Shown piece after piece: positions 12,180 through 26,006 of a stretch of 64,000 bases of DNA. The DNA lies in contig OX597822.1 in the NCBI GenBank assembly GCA_951406725.2, positions 52,514,001-52,578,000 of the forward strand. The letters are read 5' to 3'. This DNA comes from Octopus vulgaris (Eukaryota). The notes under the pieces were generated by a model. It was not told the origin of the DNA and made no database searches. It was given only the letters and a program-made list of their open reading frames with translations. Both the position numbers and the translations under genes were made by a program. Every line of letters starts with the position of its first letter. The first letter of the stretch is position 1.

Positions 12180-12416
12180 TATATGTATGTGTGTGTATAT
12201 GTTTGTGTGTCTGTGTTTGTTCCCCCAACATCGCTTGACAACCGATGCTGGTGTGTTTACGTCCTCGTAACTTAGCGGTTCAGCATAAGAGACTGATAGA
12301 ATAAGTACTAGGCTTACAAAAAATAAGCCCTGGGGTTGATTTGCTTGACTAAAAGGTGGTGCTCCAGCATGACCACAGTCAAATGACTGAAACAAGTAAA
12401 AGGGTAAAAAGAGAGT
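11983..12416 (+). mobile_element. SINE family B full copy
   Basis: Same features as 7857-8518, opposite orientation. Confidence 0.85.
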
Positions 12417-12522
12417 AGGGTTTCAAATTTAAGCTTTGCTACAGAGCACTCTGTTAATGGTTTTACCTTCATGACACATCTTTGTCTAATCATCTTATCA
12501 TCAAGCTTTCCAAAGCAAATAA

Positions 12523-12795
<273 letters not shown>

Positions 12796-13374
12796 TGAGT
12801 TCAAATCCCACTAAGGGCTTAGCTTTGTTATTTCTCTAAAGTACAAAAGTTGTGAAGTTGTTAAGGCACTGATGAAGTACAGACACATAGGCATAGATGT
12901 AAATTCAAACTTAACTCCAGCCTTTGTTCAGAATACATAACATTGATTACCTTTCTGTGTCAAAAATTGTGAAACAAAAATGATTTTGCTGTTGTTTCAT
13001 GTTGCTTCATGAGTTCTTAATGGTAAGAATGGTATCTAACTATAAAACTTAACCCAACTGTGCAAAATTTTTTTTTTGTAATGTGATACCGGTGTTCTAC
13101 TTGAGAGTTATTGATGTTACTGTTCTTTGGACACAGATCACTATGATCTGGTAAAAATATAATCAAGCGATTTCCAGTCATGACCATCCCTCCTTTACTT
13201 ATTTTTAGACTTTGTGTATTTGGGACTACATTATCCAGTGTTCTTCTTTGAAAATGATAGAGTGGTATTTGAGTGAGATTTTGCTGCTAATTCTAACAGG
13301 TCAAACCACCATTTAGAGTCTTCCTTGTTTTTTTCTTTTTCTTAATTGTTTTTTCTGGTTATATGTATGTGTGT

Positions 13375-14500
13375 GTTGGTGAGGATCTGTGCCACTCCAC
13401 TAGGAAATAGGCCTGGCAGATGGGATACTCTTGTGACACCATTACCTTCACTTGATGAGTAAGATAATACCTCATTGCATGGGTGCCACACACTCTGAAC
13501 GAAAGAGACAAACTCCAGCACTCTTCTATCTCTGCCAGTTTGTTTGCTCAACACCAGGCTACTTATGGACACAAACAGGGATTTCTTTACTACATCATCT
13601 CCAGTAATGAAAAATGGCACCTTTACATCGGTATGAAGCAGAGGAAAGAACGGTTGAGTTTTGACAAGTATGCAATACTTCAAACCAAGCCAAAGACAAT
13701 GATATGCACTTGTTGGAATTGGGAAGAACTAATCCACTGCAAAATGCTTGGTGGCTATGTGGTATGTAGCTTGCTTACCAACAACATGGTTCTGGGTTCA
13801 GTCCCACTGAGTGGCACCTTGGGCAAGTGTCTTCTACTATAGCCTCGGGCTGACCAAAGCCTTGTGAGTGGATTTGGTAGACGGAAACTGCAAGAAGCCC
13901 ATCGTATATATGTATATGTTTGTGTGTCTGTGTTTGTCCCCCCCCCCACCAACATCGCTTGACAACCGGTGCTGGTGCGTTTATGTCCCTGTAACTTAGC
14001 GGTTCGGCAAAGGGGACCGATAGAATAAGTACTAGGCTTACAAAGAATAAGTCCTGAGGTCGATTTGCTCGACTAAAGGTGGTGCTCCAGCATGGCCGCA
14101 GTCAAATGACTGAAACAAGTAAAAGAACAAAAAGAACATTCAATACATAACATTCAGTAAAGGCACCAACTCAACTAGACAACCCAGCAGAAACTACCCA
14201 ACAGGTAACACAGCAGCACTCATCCCAATGTTGCTAATTTCTCCAAAAATGCTATTCAAGAGCTTGGTTGGGAAGTTCTACCATACCCACTGTATTCTTT
14301 TATTATAGTGCTTTCAGATTGTCACCTTTTTCAGTCACTCTCCAACAGTTTGCAAGATGTTTTGTTCAACAACAATATGGAGTCGAAAAACGTGGCTCAA
14401 GGAAGTCTTTGAGTCGAAACTCAATGAGTTCTCCCATTAAGGCATTGTCTAGCTAGTGGAATATTAGCAAGAAGTTGGGAACAGTGAAGGGAGATACATT
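13375..14500 (+). mobile_element. Degenerate mariner transposase remnant interrupted by SINE B (13751-14138)
   Basis: WVPHTL, FLY.II..NEKW..Y and PK.M.C.W motifs; WEVLP.P.YS-like motif after the SINE. Confidence 0.75.
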
Positions 14501-14693
14501 ATTGACTGATTTGCTAAAACTGTTGATGAAAGGTAAGGATTAAAATAAATGGAAAAGAGACAAACGAATTTTTGTGACAACCCAACATTTTGAGAGAAAG
14601 GTAGGAAGTAGGGTGACTAAACTTGTAATTCAAGGACCAGACTTGTTACACCCACTGTCAGACTGATTCTGCTTGAGGACAGTGGAATATTCA

Positions 14694-17084
14694 GCCACTT
14701 ACCATATAATGGTTTCAAATTTTGACACAAGGCTGAGAAGGGCTATCCAATTACTTTGCCCCGCCCCCAGTGCTTAACTGACATTTATTTTATTGACCCT
14801 GAAAGGATGAAAGAAAAGTCAGTCTCAGTAGAATTTGAACTCAGAATGTAAAGTGCTAGAAGAAATGCTACTAAGCATTTTTATTAATGCATTAAGGATT
14901 CTGCCAGCTTGTTGCTTTCCACTTACTATATAATAATAATAATAATGAAATTATTGTATACAGTGCTCAGGTGCACCACAACTTGTCAAATGTGCATATA
15001 AAGTATATGCAGTAATGTACAAGTGTCTGGAAAGCGAACAGATACATGCTTGCGTGTGTATGGAGAGGAGTAAATCAGGTGTAGTGTTGGCGAATCTCAG
15101 GAAGCATGGAAGTTTTGAAGGATGCAGTGCTCCGACAACTAACAACTGATGCCGGCAGTTTGTTCCATGCTTCAGCAACTCTTAGTGTGAAAAAATGTTT
15201 CCGAAAGTCATGGGAGCTGTGCTGTTTTCTGACTTTGTAAACATGTCCACGGGTGTTAGACAGATGGAGTTTGAAAAGGTGCTCAGAGTTATTGTTTGTA
15301 AGAGGGTTAATAATTTTATGGGTGGCTGCCAAGCTGACTTGGCACAAGGCCTGAAATGTGGTGGAAGCGGGATAGTCAACTACATCACCTCCAGTGCTTT
15401 ACTGGTTCTTATTTCATCAACCTTGAAAGGATAAAAGTCAAAGCTAACCTTGACAAAATTTGAACTCAGAACATAGAAAAAAAACTGAAACTGACATTCT
15501 GTTGGTTACGACAACTAGGCTTCCAGTTGATCCAATCAATGGAACAGCCATCTTGTTAAACTAATGTGCAAGTGACTAAGCTCTCTACAGACATGAATAC
15601 CCTTAATGTACCTCTCAGGAAGATTCAGCATGACACATAACGTGACAAGGCTGGACCTTTGAAATACTGGTACTACTCATTTTTACCAGCTGAATGGACT
15701 GGAGCAACATGAAATAAAGTCTCTTGCTCAAGGACTCAATGCACCACTAGGAATTGAACTCACAACCTTATGATCATGAGCTGAATACCCTCTAACCACT
15801 AAGCCATGTAAAAGCCAGAAGTAATATACAGCTGAGCATCTTTTCCAATGTACTAATAATTCTACCAGCTTGTTGCTTTCCACTTGCTATATAATCCTTT
15901 CTGCTATGGGCACAAAATCTGAAAGCTAGGGTAAGGGTCTAGTCAACTACATCATCCCCAGTACTTGACTGGTTCTTATTTCATCAACCCCGAAAGCTTG
16001 AAAGGCAAAGTTGACCTTGGCGAAATTTGAACTCAGAAAATATAAAAAACAAAAGGGAACCAACACTGTCATTATAGCAAGGATTCAAGTCGATCCAATC
16101 AAAGAAACAGCCTGCTCAGGAAATTAATGGGCAAGTGGCTGAGCACTCTATTGACATGCATACCTGGCCCCTGTATCAGTGGCATGTAAAATGAGTGGTT
16201 GGCATTAGAAAGGGCATCCAGCTGTAGAAACACTGCCAGATCACACTGGAGCCTGGTGCAGCCTCCTGGCTTCCCAGACCCTGGTCGAACCGTCCAACCC
16301 ATGCTAGCATGGAAAACGGACGTTAAACAATGGTGATGATGATGATAATCAGCTTGACATAAAATGTAACAAGGCTGGCCCTTTTAAATACAAGTAGAAC
16401 TCATTTAAGCCAGCTGAGTGGACTGAAGCAACATGAAAGAAAGTGGTTTGCTCAAAGGCACAATGCACCCCAGGAATTGAACTCACAACCTTATGATCAT
16501 GAGCCAAGTATACCCTAACCACTAGGCCATGTGTCTTCAATATAAAGAGCCAGAAGAAAGGCTGCTAAGCATTTTTATTAATGCACTAAGTATTCTGCCA
16601 GCTTGCCACCTTCCACTTACTATATAATCATTTCTGTTACAGACAAAAGGCCTGAAATCTGGTGGGGGCAGAACTAGTCAACTACATTCCCTCCACTACT
16701 TGACTGGTTCTTATTTCATTAACCCCAAAGGATGAAAGGCAAAGTCAACCTTGTTGAAATTTGAACTCAGAATATAAGAGTCAAAACAAATATTGCTAAG
16801 CATTTTTTCCAGTGTGCTAATAATTCTTCTAGTTTGCCACTTTCCACTTACTATGTAATCCTTTCTACTCGAGGCACAAGGCCTGAAATTTGATGAGATG
16901 GGGCCAATCGATTAGATCAACCCCAGTACGCATCTGGTACTTAATTTATTGACCCCAAAAGGATGAAAGGCAAAGTCAACCTTGACGGAATTTGAACTCA
17001 GAACATAAAGACAGACAAAATATTGCTAAGCATTTCGCCCAGCGTGCTAACGATTCTGCCAGCTCACCACCCTTACTATATAAT
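14694..17084 (-). repeat. Tandem array of SINE C units with nested SINE D, CR1 and RTE inserts
   Basis: Five units of about 230 bp separated by CCACTTACTATATAAT-like spacers. Confidence 0.7.
14950..15335 (-). mobile_element. CR1-like LINE 3' fragment
   Basis: NTRGH..K......R..FF..RV...WNKLP motif typical of the CR1/L2 ORF2 C-terminus; (TTA)n tail. Confidence 0.8.
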
Positions 17085-17509
17085 GCAATAAATAAATAGC
17101 TGAATTGATCAAGCATCCAGAATACTCATCATTGCAATCCATCTCCTTCCATATTCTGTTGGTTCTTTATTTGGTTTTATTAAAGAAACCCTTCAGTCAT
17201 GAATGACCACGGGATTGCACCTAAAATCTTCCCCTCCAAGTTCAAGATTATTTATGGAAGACCAGCAGTCGCCCATGCGTATCAGCCTCTCCTCTCCAGG
17301 CCACTGATGTTATCCAAGGGAAAGACAAAAAGACAAAAGAATGATGCAGCTTGGCACCAGTGATGTTGCAACTCACTTCTACAGCTCAGTGAACTGGAAC
17401 AAAGTGTCTTGCTCAAAAACGCAACACAGAGCCTGGTCCAGGAATCGAACTCACCACGACACTAACTACTGAGACATGCACTTTCTTGGTTTTATTAATG
17501 TTTTGTTAA

Positions 17510-17719
17510 CCCTTTTGATGCAACCACCTCTGATTCTCAAATGCACACTCCTTCTTATTAAGGCAACTAAATGAAAATCTTCTATTAAACTGACGCAATA
17601 ATTTCTGCTCAATACACAGCTTAATAAAGATTAAATTATTTCACTAAATTCTTAATTATTTTAAAAACTAATTGAAAACAAAGGCAGTGTATTTCAACAG
17701 AAATATGGTAACAAAAGGG
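17510..17719. mobile_element. piggyBac-like MITE
   Basis: TTAA|CCCTTTTG ... CAAAAGGG|TTAA. Confidence 0.7.
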
Positions 17720-17749
17720 TTAATTATATTTTCTCTCATTTCATTCTAG

Positions 17750-17813
17750 AACTTGATTTCCTTAAAGTATTTGAAAGACCTGAACCTTGCTGACAACAAG
17801 ATTATAAAAATCG
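17750..17813 (+). CDS. LRRC9: LRRC9 exon 4 (NLISLKYLKDLNLADNKIIKIG)
   Basis: ttctag / gtaagt; LRR; ends in phase 1. Confidence 0.92.
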
Positions 17814-18306
17814 GTAAGTTTTGGAAACATTGATCTGATGCAGTTTCATGTACATTTAAATCCAACTATATATGCACAAAGACACACACACTCAGACAAA
17901 CACCCACACATACACACACATGCAACACACATACGTACATACTTACAGACCATATATATGCACACATGTTTACAAGTACAAATGTACTCACACACACACT
18001 TGTGTACATTTTATTTTATTTATGCGCCATTTTCAAGCCTAGCCAGGCTCATGAGGCCCGGTTTTTCGATATCTGTGGCGTATGTGTTACCCCCAGCTGG
18101 ACAGGATGCCAGTCCATCACAGTGTTACTCAAGAAACAGGAAGAAAGAGTAAAACATGGGTCGCCACCCCCACTGCCGGAGCCTTGTGGAGCTTTAGGTG
18201 TTTTCGCTCAATGAACACACACAACACCTAGTCTGGGACTTGAAATCATGGTCATCCAACCGCGAGTCCGCTGCCCTAACCACTGGGCCATTGCGCCTCC
18301 ACCTCT

Positions 18307-18354
<48 letters not shown>

Positions 18355-20945
18355 CATCATCATTTAATATCTGCCTTCCAATGGAGCTTGTATATGAGCA
18401 TACTTATATACAAACACAGACACACACACTCATGTTTACAAAGCATATATACACATATGCATGTGTGTATATATATATATATATATATATTTATGTGTGC
18501 GTGTGTGTGTCTGTATTTCTCTCTTCTCCCCACCCGCAACCCCATCATCGCTTGACAACCAATGCTGATGTATTTATCTCCCCGATAAAATAAGTACTAG
18601 GCTTACACGGAATAAGTCTTGTGATCGATTTCTTTATCTAAAGCCCTTCAAGGCAGTGCTTCAGCATGGCCGCAATCAAATGACTGAAACAAGTAAAAGA
18701 AGAAAAGAATATATATATATATATATATACTAGCAAATGCACCCATCCTTTGGATTGTTTAAGTTGCTTTGGTGGTATTTTTTTCACCAAATATTTGAAC
18801 TACTGGGAAGGTTTATGAGTAGCACGGCAATCTATGTTGCCAATTAATCTAAGAACAGAAAACCAAATTGAAGACTGTTTATTGTGGAGGTCATTACACT
18901 TTAATGATCATAGAACTGGCATCCGTTGCTAGTGGAGCGCTAAGAGTACCATATGAGTGAGATCGTTGCCAGAGCAACAAGCTGGCCTTTGTGCCGATGG
19001 CATGTTAAGCACACCATTCAAGCATGATCGTTACCACGTCACCTTACTAGCACTTGTGCTTGTGGCATGTGAAATATTCAAGCAAGGTTGTCGCCAGTGC
19101 CGCTAGACTGGCTCCTGTGCTGGTGGCACGTAAAAAGCACCATTTGGGCGCGGCACGTAAAAGCACACACTACACTCTCGGAGTGGTTGACGTTAGGAAG
19201 GGCATCCAGCTGTAGAAACTTTGCCAGATCAGATTGGAGTCTGGTTCGCCAGACCTCAGTCAAATCGTCCAACCCATGCCAGCATGGAAAGCGGACGTTA
19301 AATGATGATGATGATGATGATGATGATGAGAACATATAAGTTTTCAAGTGATGCAAAGTAGAGCTACTGAAGTGTTTTGAGAGTAGATTACAGATAATGG
19401 CTACAAAATATAGTTGTTTTACATGAAAGCGAAATTTCTTGTCAGAGACAGCCACATAATTAGTGTAATGAAATTGAAGGAAGCCATTGAAACTTCTCCT
19501 CTGAGTTTATTTTTTTGGAGAAATAAGCTAACAAAAGCCCCTTTATTCTGTCGTCCCACATAGCCTGCACATAAACCAACAGCGAATGCTTCATGAAGTT
19601 AAATTGGTATGGAGCTTTCTGAAAGATATGTATAGCTTTCACTAATGGAAGCAAAACTCTTATTTAAAGGTTGATTGCAGCCAAGGTTGACTTTGCCTTT
19701 CATCCTTTTGGGGTCAATAAATTAAGTACTAGTTGCACACTGGGGGTCATTGTAATCAACTGGTTCCCTCCCCAAAAGTTTCAGGCCTTGTGCCTATAGT
19801 AGAAAGGATTATTATTATTATTATAATTCAGTAGTCTTATTTTTATCATGTGCTTTCACTGCACTACCAAGTGCAACTCTGCATGTTTTGAGTTTGTGCT
19901 GTGGTTTATTTTGGAGCTCTTATTTTCACTGTATTGAAAGTTCTTTATGTAGGATGTGTGCAGTGCCTAGTAGTGCTATTTTCTGTATGTTATATATATT
20001 TGTAAGTCCTGGTGTTTTGGGTAAATATTTGCCTGAATGTTTTTTTAATTATACCTAATGCACCTATTATTATAGGGATTGTTTCTGTTTTCAGGTTATC
20101 CCTATTTCCAGATCTTTATATTTTGAGAGTTCCTTTTAGAGATATACTGTCATCTGTTGGGATTAATACGTTGATTAGTAGACTTTTTTTTTCTTGATAA
20201 TCTCTGACAATTACAAGAGTTGGTCATTAAAGATTTCCCCTGACCCACTCCCCAATGACTGGGATGAACGAAACTTGGCATAATTATTAGTCCTTTTCTA
20301 CATAGCCACCACCAACAGTGACACTTCTCTCATTGCTTTATGCAGTTGTAAAGACCTTGTCTGTAGAAGTTGGTAGGTTGCTTCTGGAGCTAAGACTTTA
20401 CCACAGAAATATGTTCGGTGGCACGTGTAAAAAGATTCAAGCAAGGTCATTGCCAGTACCGCCTGACTGGCCCCTGTGCTGGTGGCACGTAAAAAGCACC
20501 CACTACACTCTCGGAGTGGTTGGCATTAGGAAGGGCATCCAGCTGTAGAAACTCTGCCAAATCAAGATTGGAGCCTGGTGCAGCCATCTGGTTTGCCAGC
20601 CGTCAGTCAAAATCGTCCAACACATGCTAGCATGGAAAGCGGATGTTAAACGATGATGATGATGATGTAGGTATTAGAACTGCTTCTCTGGTAAAGGAAA
20701 AGACATTGGCTCAATAACCAATAATATTTTTATAATGTTTGGTGCTGGCTTGGCTATGTGGTAAGAAGTTTGCTTCCCAACCACACTGTTGCATGTTCAA
20801 TCCTACTGCATTGTACCTTGGCAAGTGTCTTCTATTATAGCTCTGGGCTGACTAAAGCCTTGTGAGTGGATTTGGTCAACAGAAACTAAAAGAAGCTTGC
20901 CATATACGCATGCGTGTATGTAGCACGCATTCTTGTGTATATATC

Positions 20946-21321
20946 TCTTTACTCTCTTTTACTTGTTTCAGTCATTTGACTGCGGCCATGCTGGAGCACC
21001 GCCTTTAGTCGAGCAAATCGACCCCGGGACTTATTCATTGTAAGCCCAGTACTTATTCTATCGGTCTCTTTTGCCGAACCGCTAAGTGACGGGGACGTAA
21101 ACACACCAGCATCGGTTGTCAAGCAATGCTAGGGGGACAAACACACACATATACATATATATACGACGGGCTTCTTTCAGTTTCTGTCTACCAAATCCAC
21201 TCACAAGGCATTGGTCGGCCCGGGGCTATAGCAGAAGACACTTGCCCAAGATGCCACGCAGTGGGACTGAACCCGGAACCATGTGGTTGGTTAGCAAGCT
21301 ACTTACCACACAGCCACTCCT
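20946..21321 (-). mobile_element. SINE family B full copy
   Basis: Near-identical to the other B copies. Confidence 0.85.
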
Positions 21322-21500
21322 CTGTTCCCCATCATTTCTAGGCAACCATTATTGTTTGTGTACGTCCCAGTAAATTATTGGCTTTGCACAAGAGACCAAT
21401 AGAATAAGTTCCTGCATTTAAGAAGTACTGGGGTCGATTTGTTCAGTCAAAACATTTCAGTGAAGTATACCAGCATGGACGCAATTCAATGACTAAAACA

Positions 21501-21830
21501 TCTCTATATATATAAACGGCAAAATGTCAGTCTGTGTGTGTGTCCTTTATACAAATCCACATTTTTTCAGTTAGAGAGCTCGCACTTTCTATGGTCATTT
21601 AAAACCGTCCAAGGGTGGTCGTGCACATCTTTACATTTCCCTAGTCACCCGCAAAGCCATTAAAAAATCAATAGAAGTGACTTTTTTGTGAATTTTCTAT
21701 CCAAAACCCAATCAAAATGCCCCATATGCCAATTGAATGCCAGCTAGCTGTATGTGACTGGTCGGAGAGTTGGACAGTACTCGCGTGTATGTGCGCATGC
21801 ATGCACTAGCACTATGACCCGGCAACGCAC
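21501..21830 (+). mobile_element. Non-autonomous Helitron (family H2)
   Basis: A|TC start; near-identical to 2578-2934; GCACTATGACCCGGCAACG hairpin arm. Confidence 0.65.
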
Positions 21831-22149
21831 AAGGCTTGGTATTTTAGGGGTCGGGGGCTAATCGATTAGATTGACGCCAGTGCACGATCGCCCCTTCTTT
21901 TATTGACTCTCAAATTCGGCCCCGTCGGAATTTAAACTCAGAACGAAAAGCCGAAAGAAATGCTGCAAATCATTTTATCTGGTGTACTAACGATTCTGCC
22001 AGCTAGCTCGCCGGCTTATGATAATGCGAAAGAAAAAATTGCAAGGGAAGTAACTGCAGCAAACTTTGTATTTGAGTCAGTTCCCTTCAGTGAGCAAGTA
22101 ACGTTTAATTGATCGTATCCTCTCTCGTATCTAAAGCTTTGTGTAGATA

Positions 22150-22314
22150 AGCGTAGGAGTGGCTGTGTGGTAAGTAGCTTGCTTACCGACCACATGGTTC
22201 AGGGTTCAGTCCCACTACGTGGCACCTTGGGCAAGTGTCTTCTACTATAGCCTCGGGCCGACCAAAGCCTTGTGAGTGGATTTGGTAGACGGAAACTGAA
22301 AGAAGCCCGTCGTA

Positions 22315-22345
<31 letters not shown>

Positions 22346-22535
22346 GCGTGTGTTTGTGTGTCTGTGTTTGTCCCCCTAGCATTGCTTGACAACCGATGCT
22401 GGTGTGTTTATGTCCCCGTTACTTAGCGGTTCGGCAAAAAGAGACCGATAGAATAAGTAATGGGCTTACAAAAAGAATAAGTCCCGGGGTCGAGTTGCAG
22501 GCAAATGACTGAAACAAGTAAAAGAGTAAGAGTAA
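22150..22535 (+). mobile_element. SINE family B full copy
   Basis: Near-identical to the other B copies. Confidence 0.85.
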
Positions 22536-22559
22536 TAGCATTAGCTCAGAGACCGTCTG

Positions 22560-23105
22560 GATCATCACTTATACTTGCAAAACCCCATACCTGAAAGACT
22601 TGGTGGCATGTAATCAAGCAATATACATGACACTAACAGAAACACATCTGAATGCTGACATATCAGATGCTGAGAGACGCATACCCAAGTATGCTGTATT
22701 TCGAACAGACAGGAGAGAAAGAACTCATAGTGGAGTGATAAAATACATCCTGGACGATGTCATGCCTGTGGTCCTGCTGTCACATTCAAACTTAGTTTGT
22801 GCTACACTTGTAGTAAAAATTAAACAGACCAAAACAGTAATATGTACTACATATTGCCCACCAGATGCTCCAGATCATGGGGACTCATTCGAAGAGAGCC
22901 TCACAAAGATGGAAGAAGTATTACCCAGTTTTGTTGACAACAGGCGCAGGAGTGGCTGTGTGGAGTGTAGATTGCTTACCAACCACATGGTTCCGGGTTC
23001 ATTCTCACTGCATGGCACCTTGGACAAGTGTCTTCTACTATAGCCTCGGGCCAACCAAAGCCTTGTGGATGGATTTGGTAGACGGAAAATAAATGAAGTC
23101 CGTCG

Positions 23106-23136
<31 letters not shown>

Positions 23137-26006
23137 GTTTGTGTGGCTGTGTTTGTCCCCCCCCACCACCACCACCAACATCGCTTGACAACCGATGCTG
23201 GTGTGTTTACATCCCCATCACTTAGTGGTTCAGCAAGAGAGGCTGATAGAATAAGTACTAGGCTTACAAAGAATAAGTCCTGGGGTCGATTTGCTCGACT
23301 AAAGGCGGTGCTCCAGCATGGCCACAGTCAAATGACTGAAACAGATAAAAGAAAAAAATAATACTTTTTTAGGAGACTTTGACCTCCATGATGTTGAATG
23401 ATCTAAGGGCCACCTTCTCTCAGGTATATCACTTGCATGAACAGAGGCAAGCAGAATCTCTGCTTAACCTCACAACATGCTCTTTATGAAGCAAATAGTG
23501 CTCCACCCAACAAGCGGTAAAAAATATTCTAGACCTCTGATTCACAAATAAGGCAATACTCATCCATGATGTTAAGGTGACACCAACGATTTTAGGCTAC
23601 TAGAAGCACCCAACTCTTTTCCAGTTGGAACTTGCATTAAGTGGTTATGGAACAAAACTGATCTACAAGTCTCTCTACACAAGATATCCACGTAAAACTA
23701 CAGAACTTTATGACAATCATGCATGCCATATGCAGTAAGATAACTTCAGAGGGAATGTTGACAGAAAGACACCATTCTTAGGGAGAGGAAGATTCTAATG
23801 AGATGACAAGAAAAGGTCTCAAACCGTCTAAGTGAGTCACAAAAAGATAGTAAAGAATCCTATCTCCTTCCATGAGAAGGAGACAGCAGAGAAGAAAACC
23901 AGGGCTGTCGAAAATGTAAAGACAAACCCTAAAGACTTCTAAAGATTTGCAAAAAATATCTGCTTCAGTACGGTACAAGTTAAGGGTTCACCAGCTGCAG
24001 ACCCCCAGAGGATAAGTGAAATACTGAATGTGTATTACAATAGTGTTTTCACAACTCCTTTGGGGCACTTGCAAATAGCTATACCTTAAGAGTTCTTTGA
24101 CACCACAGCTTTACACAAAGGGATGTCAATTATTTATAACATAAAAATAGAGAAAACTGATGTAATATCAGCCATTGATGAAATGAACTTAAACTCAGTC
24201 ACTAACCCCGATAGATTCTCAGCAGCCCTCCTAAATAACTGCAAAGGGGCTCAAGCAAGACCACTACAGATACTTTTCCAGAGCTTCCCCACAACTGAGA
24301 GACTTCTCAGTAAGTTAAAAGAAGGCTTATGTCCTATCCATAAAGGAGGTAGCAGAGTAGATGCTAATAATACTATAGGTCTGTCTCTCTAACCTCCCAT
24401 ATCAGCAAAATCATGAAAGACATTTTCCAGAGGAAACTGATTGCATTCATGGAATATATAATAACTTACTCCTTGACACCCAGCATGGTTTCCACTCAGG
24501 AAGAAGCTGCTTTACACAGCTTCTGCAGCATTATGACTAGGTGTTGAAACAACTAATGAATCACTCAATGTGGATGTGATATATCTTAATTTTGCAAAGC
24601 CCTTTAATAAGGTTGATTATGAGATGAAATGTCACAAGTTACAGAGTCTCAGCATAGTCTGAAAACTGGGAGACTGGTTACATGACTTCTTAAAGACAGA
24701 ATCCAGGTTGTGACAACCAAGGAGACAGTAATAACGAGTGGAGTGCCTCAGGGAACTGTTTTACAGCTGCTGTTGTTTATGATGGCTCTTTTGAAGATGC
24801 CATCAGTTACACAGACATCCACACCTACTAGCTATGCCGATGACACAAAAGTAGTACAAGCAGTGAAGGAACCTTCCAATATTAATCTACAGAAAGACAG
24901 AGATATCATATATAAATGGGCTGAAGAAAACAGCATGCACTTCCTTGCTAGGAAATTCCAAGCCTTCACTATCAGCTGGCTTGTGCTAACATTCCACCAC
25001 AATGATATTTTAGATCAAAGGGGCAGAAATCCCAGAGTCAAGTACGGTACATGATCTAGGGATTGATGTAAGCAACAATGCCTCATTTCACATGCATATC
25101 ACCAAGATGAAGTCAATGTGCAAATGAACTTCAGAACAAGGGACTAGGAAACTATACTGGTTCTCTAGACAACCTTTGTCCTCAGCCCTCTGGACTATGG
25201 CTCTCAACTGTGGTCACCTTACAGTGACAAATTACTAGTGGAACTTGAAGCAGTTCAGCAGTGTTACACCAGGAAGATTGCATCAGCAGAAAAGCTGAGC
25301 TACTGGGAGAGACTGAAAGAGATACTATCCTACTGCCTGGAGCAAAGACAGGAAAGGTATGCAGTGATGTACATATGGAAGAGCATCATGAGCTATATTA
25401 ATTCCCAAACCAGACGTCACTGCACTGTTCCAAAGATTCCAGGTATCCCTTCTAGATACCTGGCAGAAACGTTTGCACGCTGGGCGAAATGCTTAGCGGT
25501 ATTTCATCTATCGCTACGTTCTCAGTTCAAATTCCGCCAACGTCGACTTTGCCTTCCATCCTTTCGGGTTCGATTAAATAAGTACCAGTTATGCACTGGA
25601 GTCGATATAATCGACTTAATCCGTTTGTCTGTCCTTGTTTGTCCTCTCTGAGTTTAGCCCCTTGTGGGTAGTAAAGAAATAGGTATCCCTTCTAGAGTGT
25701 GAACCATGTACTGCAATAGTTTGTGATTCTAGAACCCACAGCTATTTAATACCATGCTAAAACATCTGAAGGGTCTACATGGAGTTGAGGGTAGATGTTT
25801 TCAAAGAACAACTTGACCTCCTGCTCTCCAAGGTCTTAGATGAACCTACATCACAACAATAAACTCAAAAGAGGGCAGCAATATCGAACTGCCTCCTTCA
25901 CAAAAAGCCAATCTCGTAAGAATGGCCACTGAAAAGGTGATAACACTGGTGGTGCTCCTGCATGGCCACAACCTTTGGGTTGAAACACCTAAAAGAATAA
26001 AAGAAT
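22560..26006 (+). mobile_element. Decayed CR1/L2-group LINE (APE endonuclease + RT) with two nested SINEs
   Basis: LTETHL, YCPP, GDF, QHGF..GRSC, SGVPQGTVL, YADDT, LEAVQ..YTRKI and LSYWERLK motifs with frameshifts and stops; TAAAAGAA-type tail. Confidence 0.88.
25457..25680 (+). mobile_element. SINE family C with 16-bp TSD inside the LINE
   Basis: AGGTATCCCTTCTAGA at 25441-25456 and 25681-25696. Confidence 0.85.
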
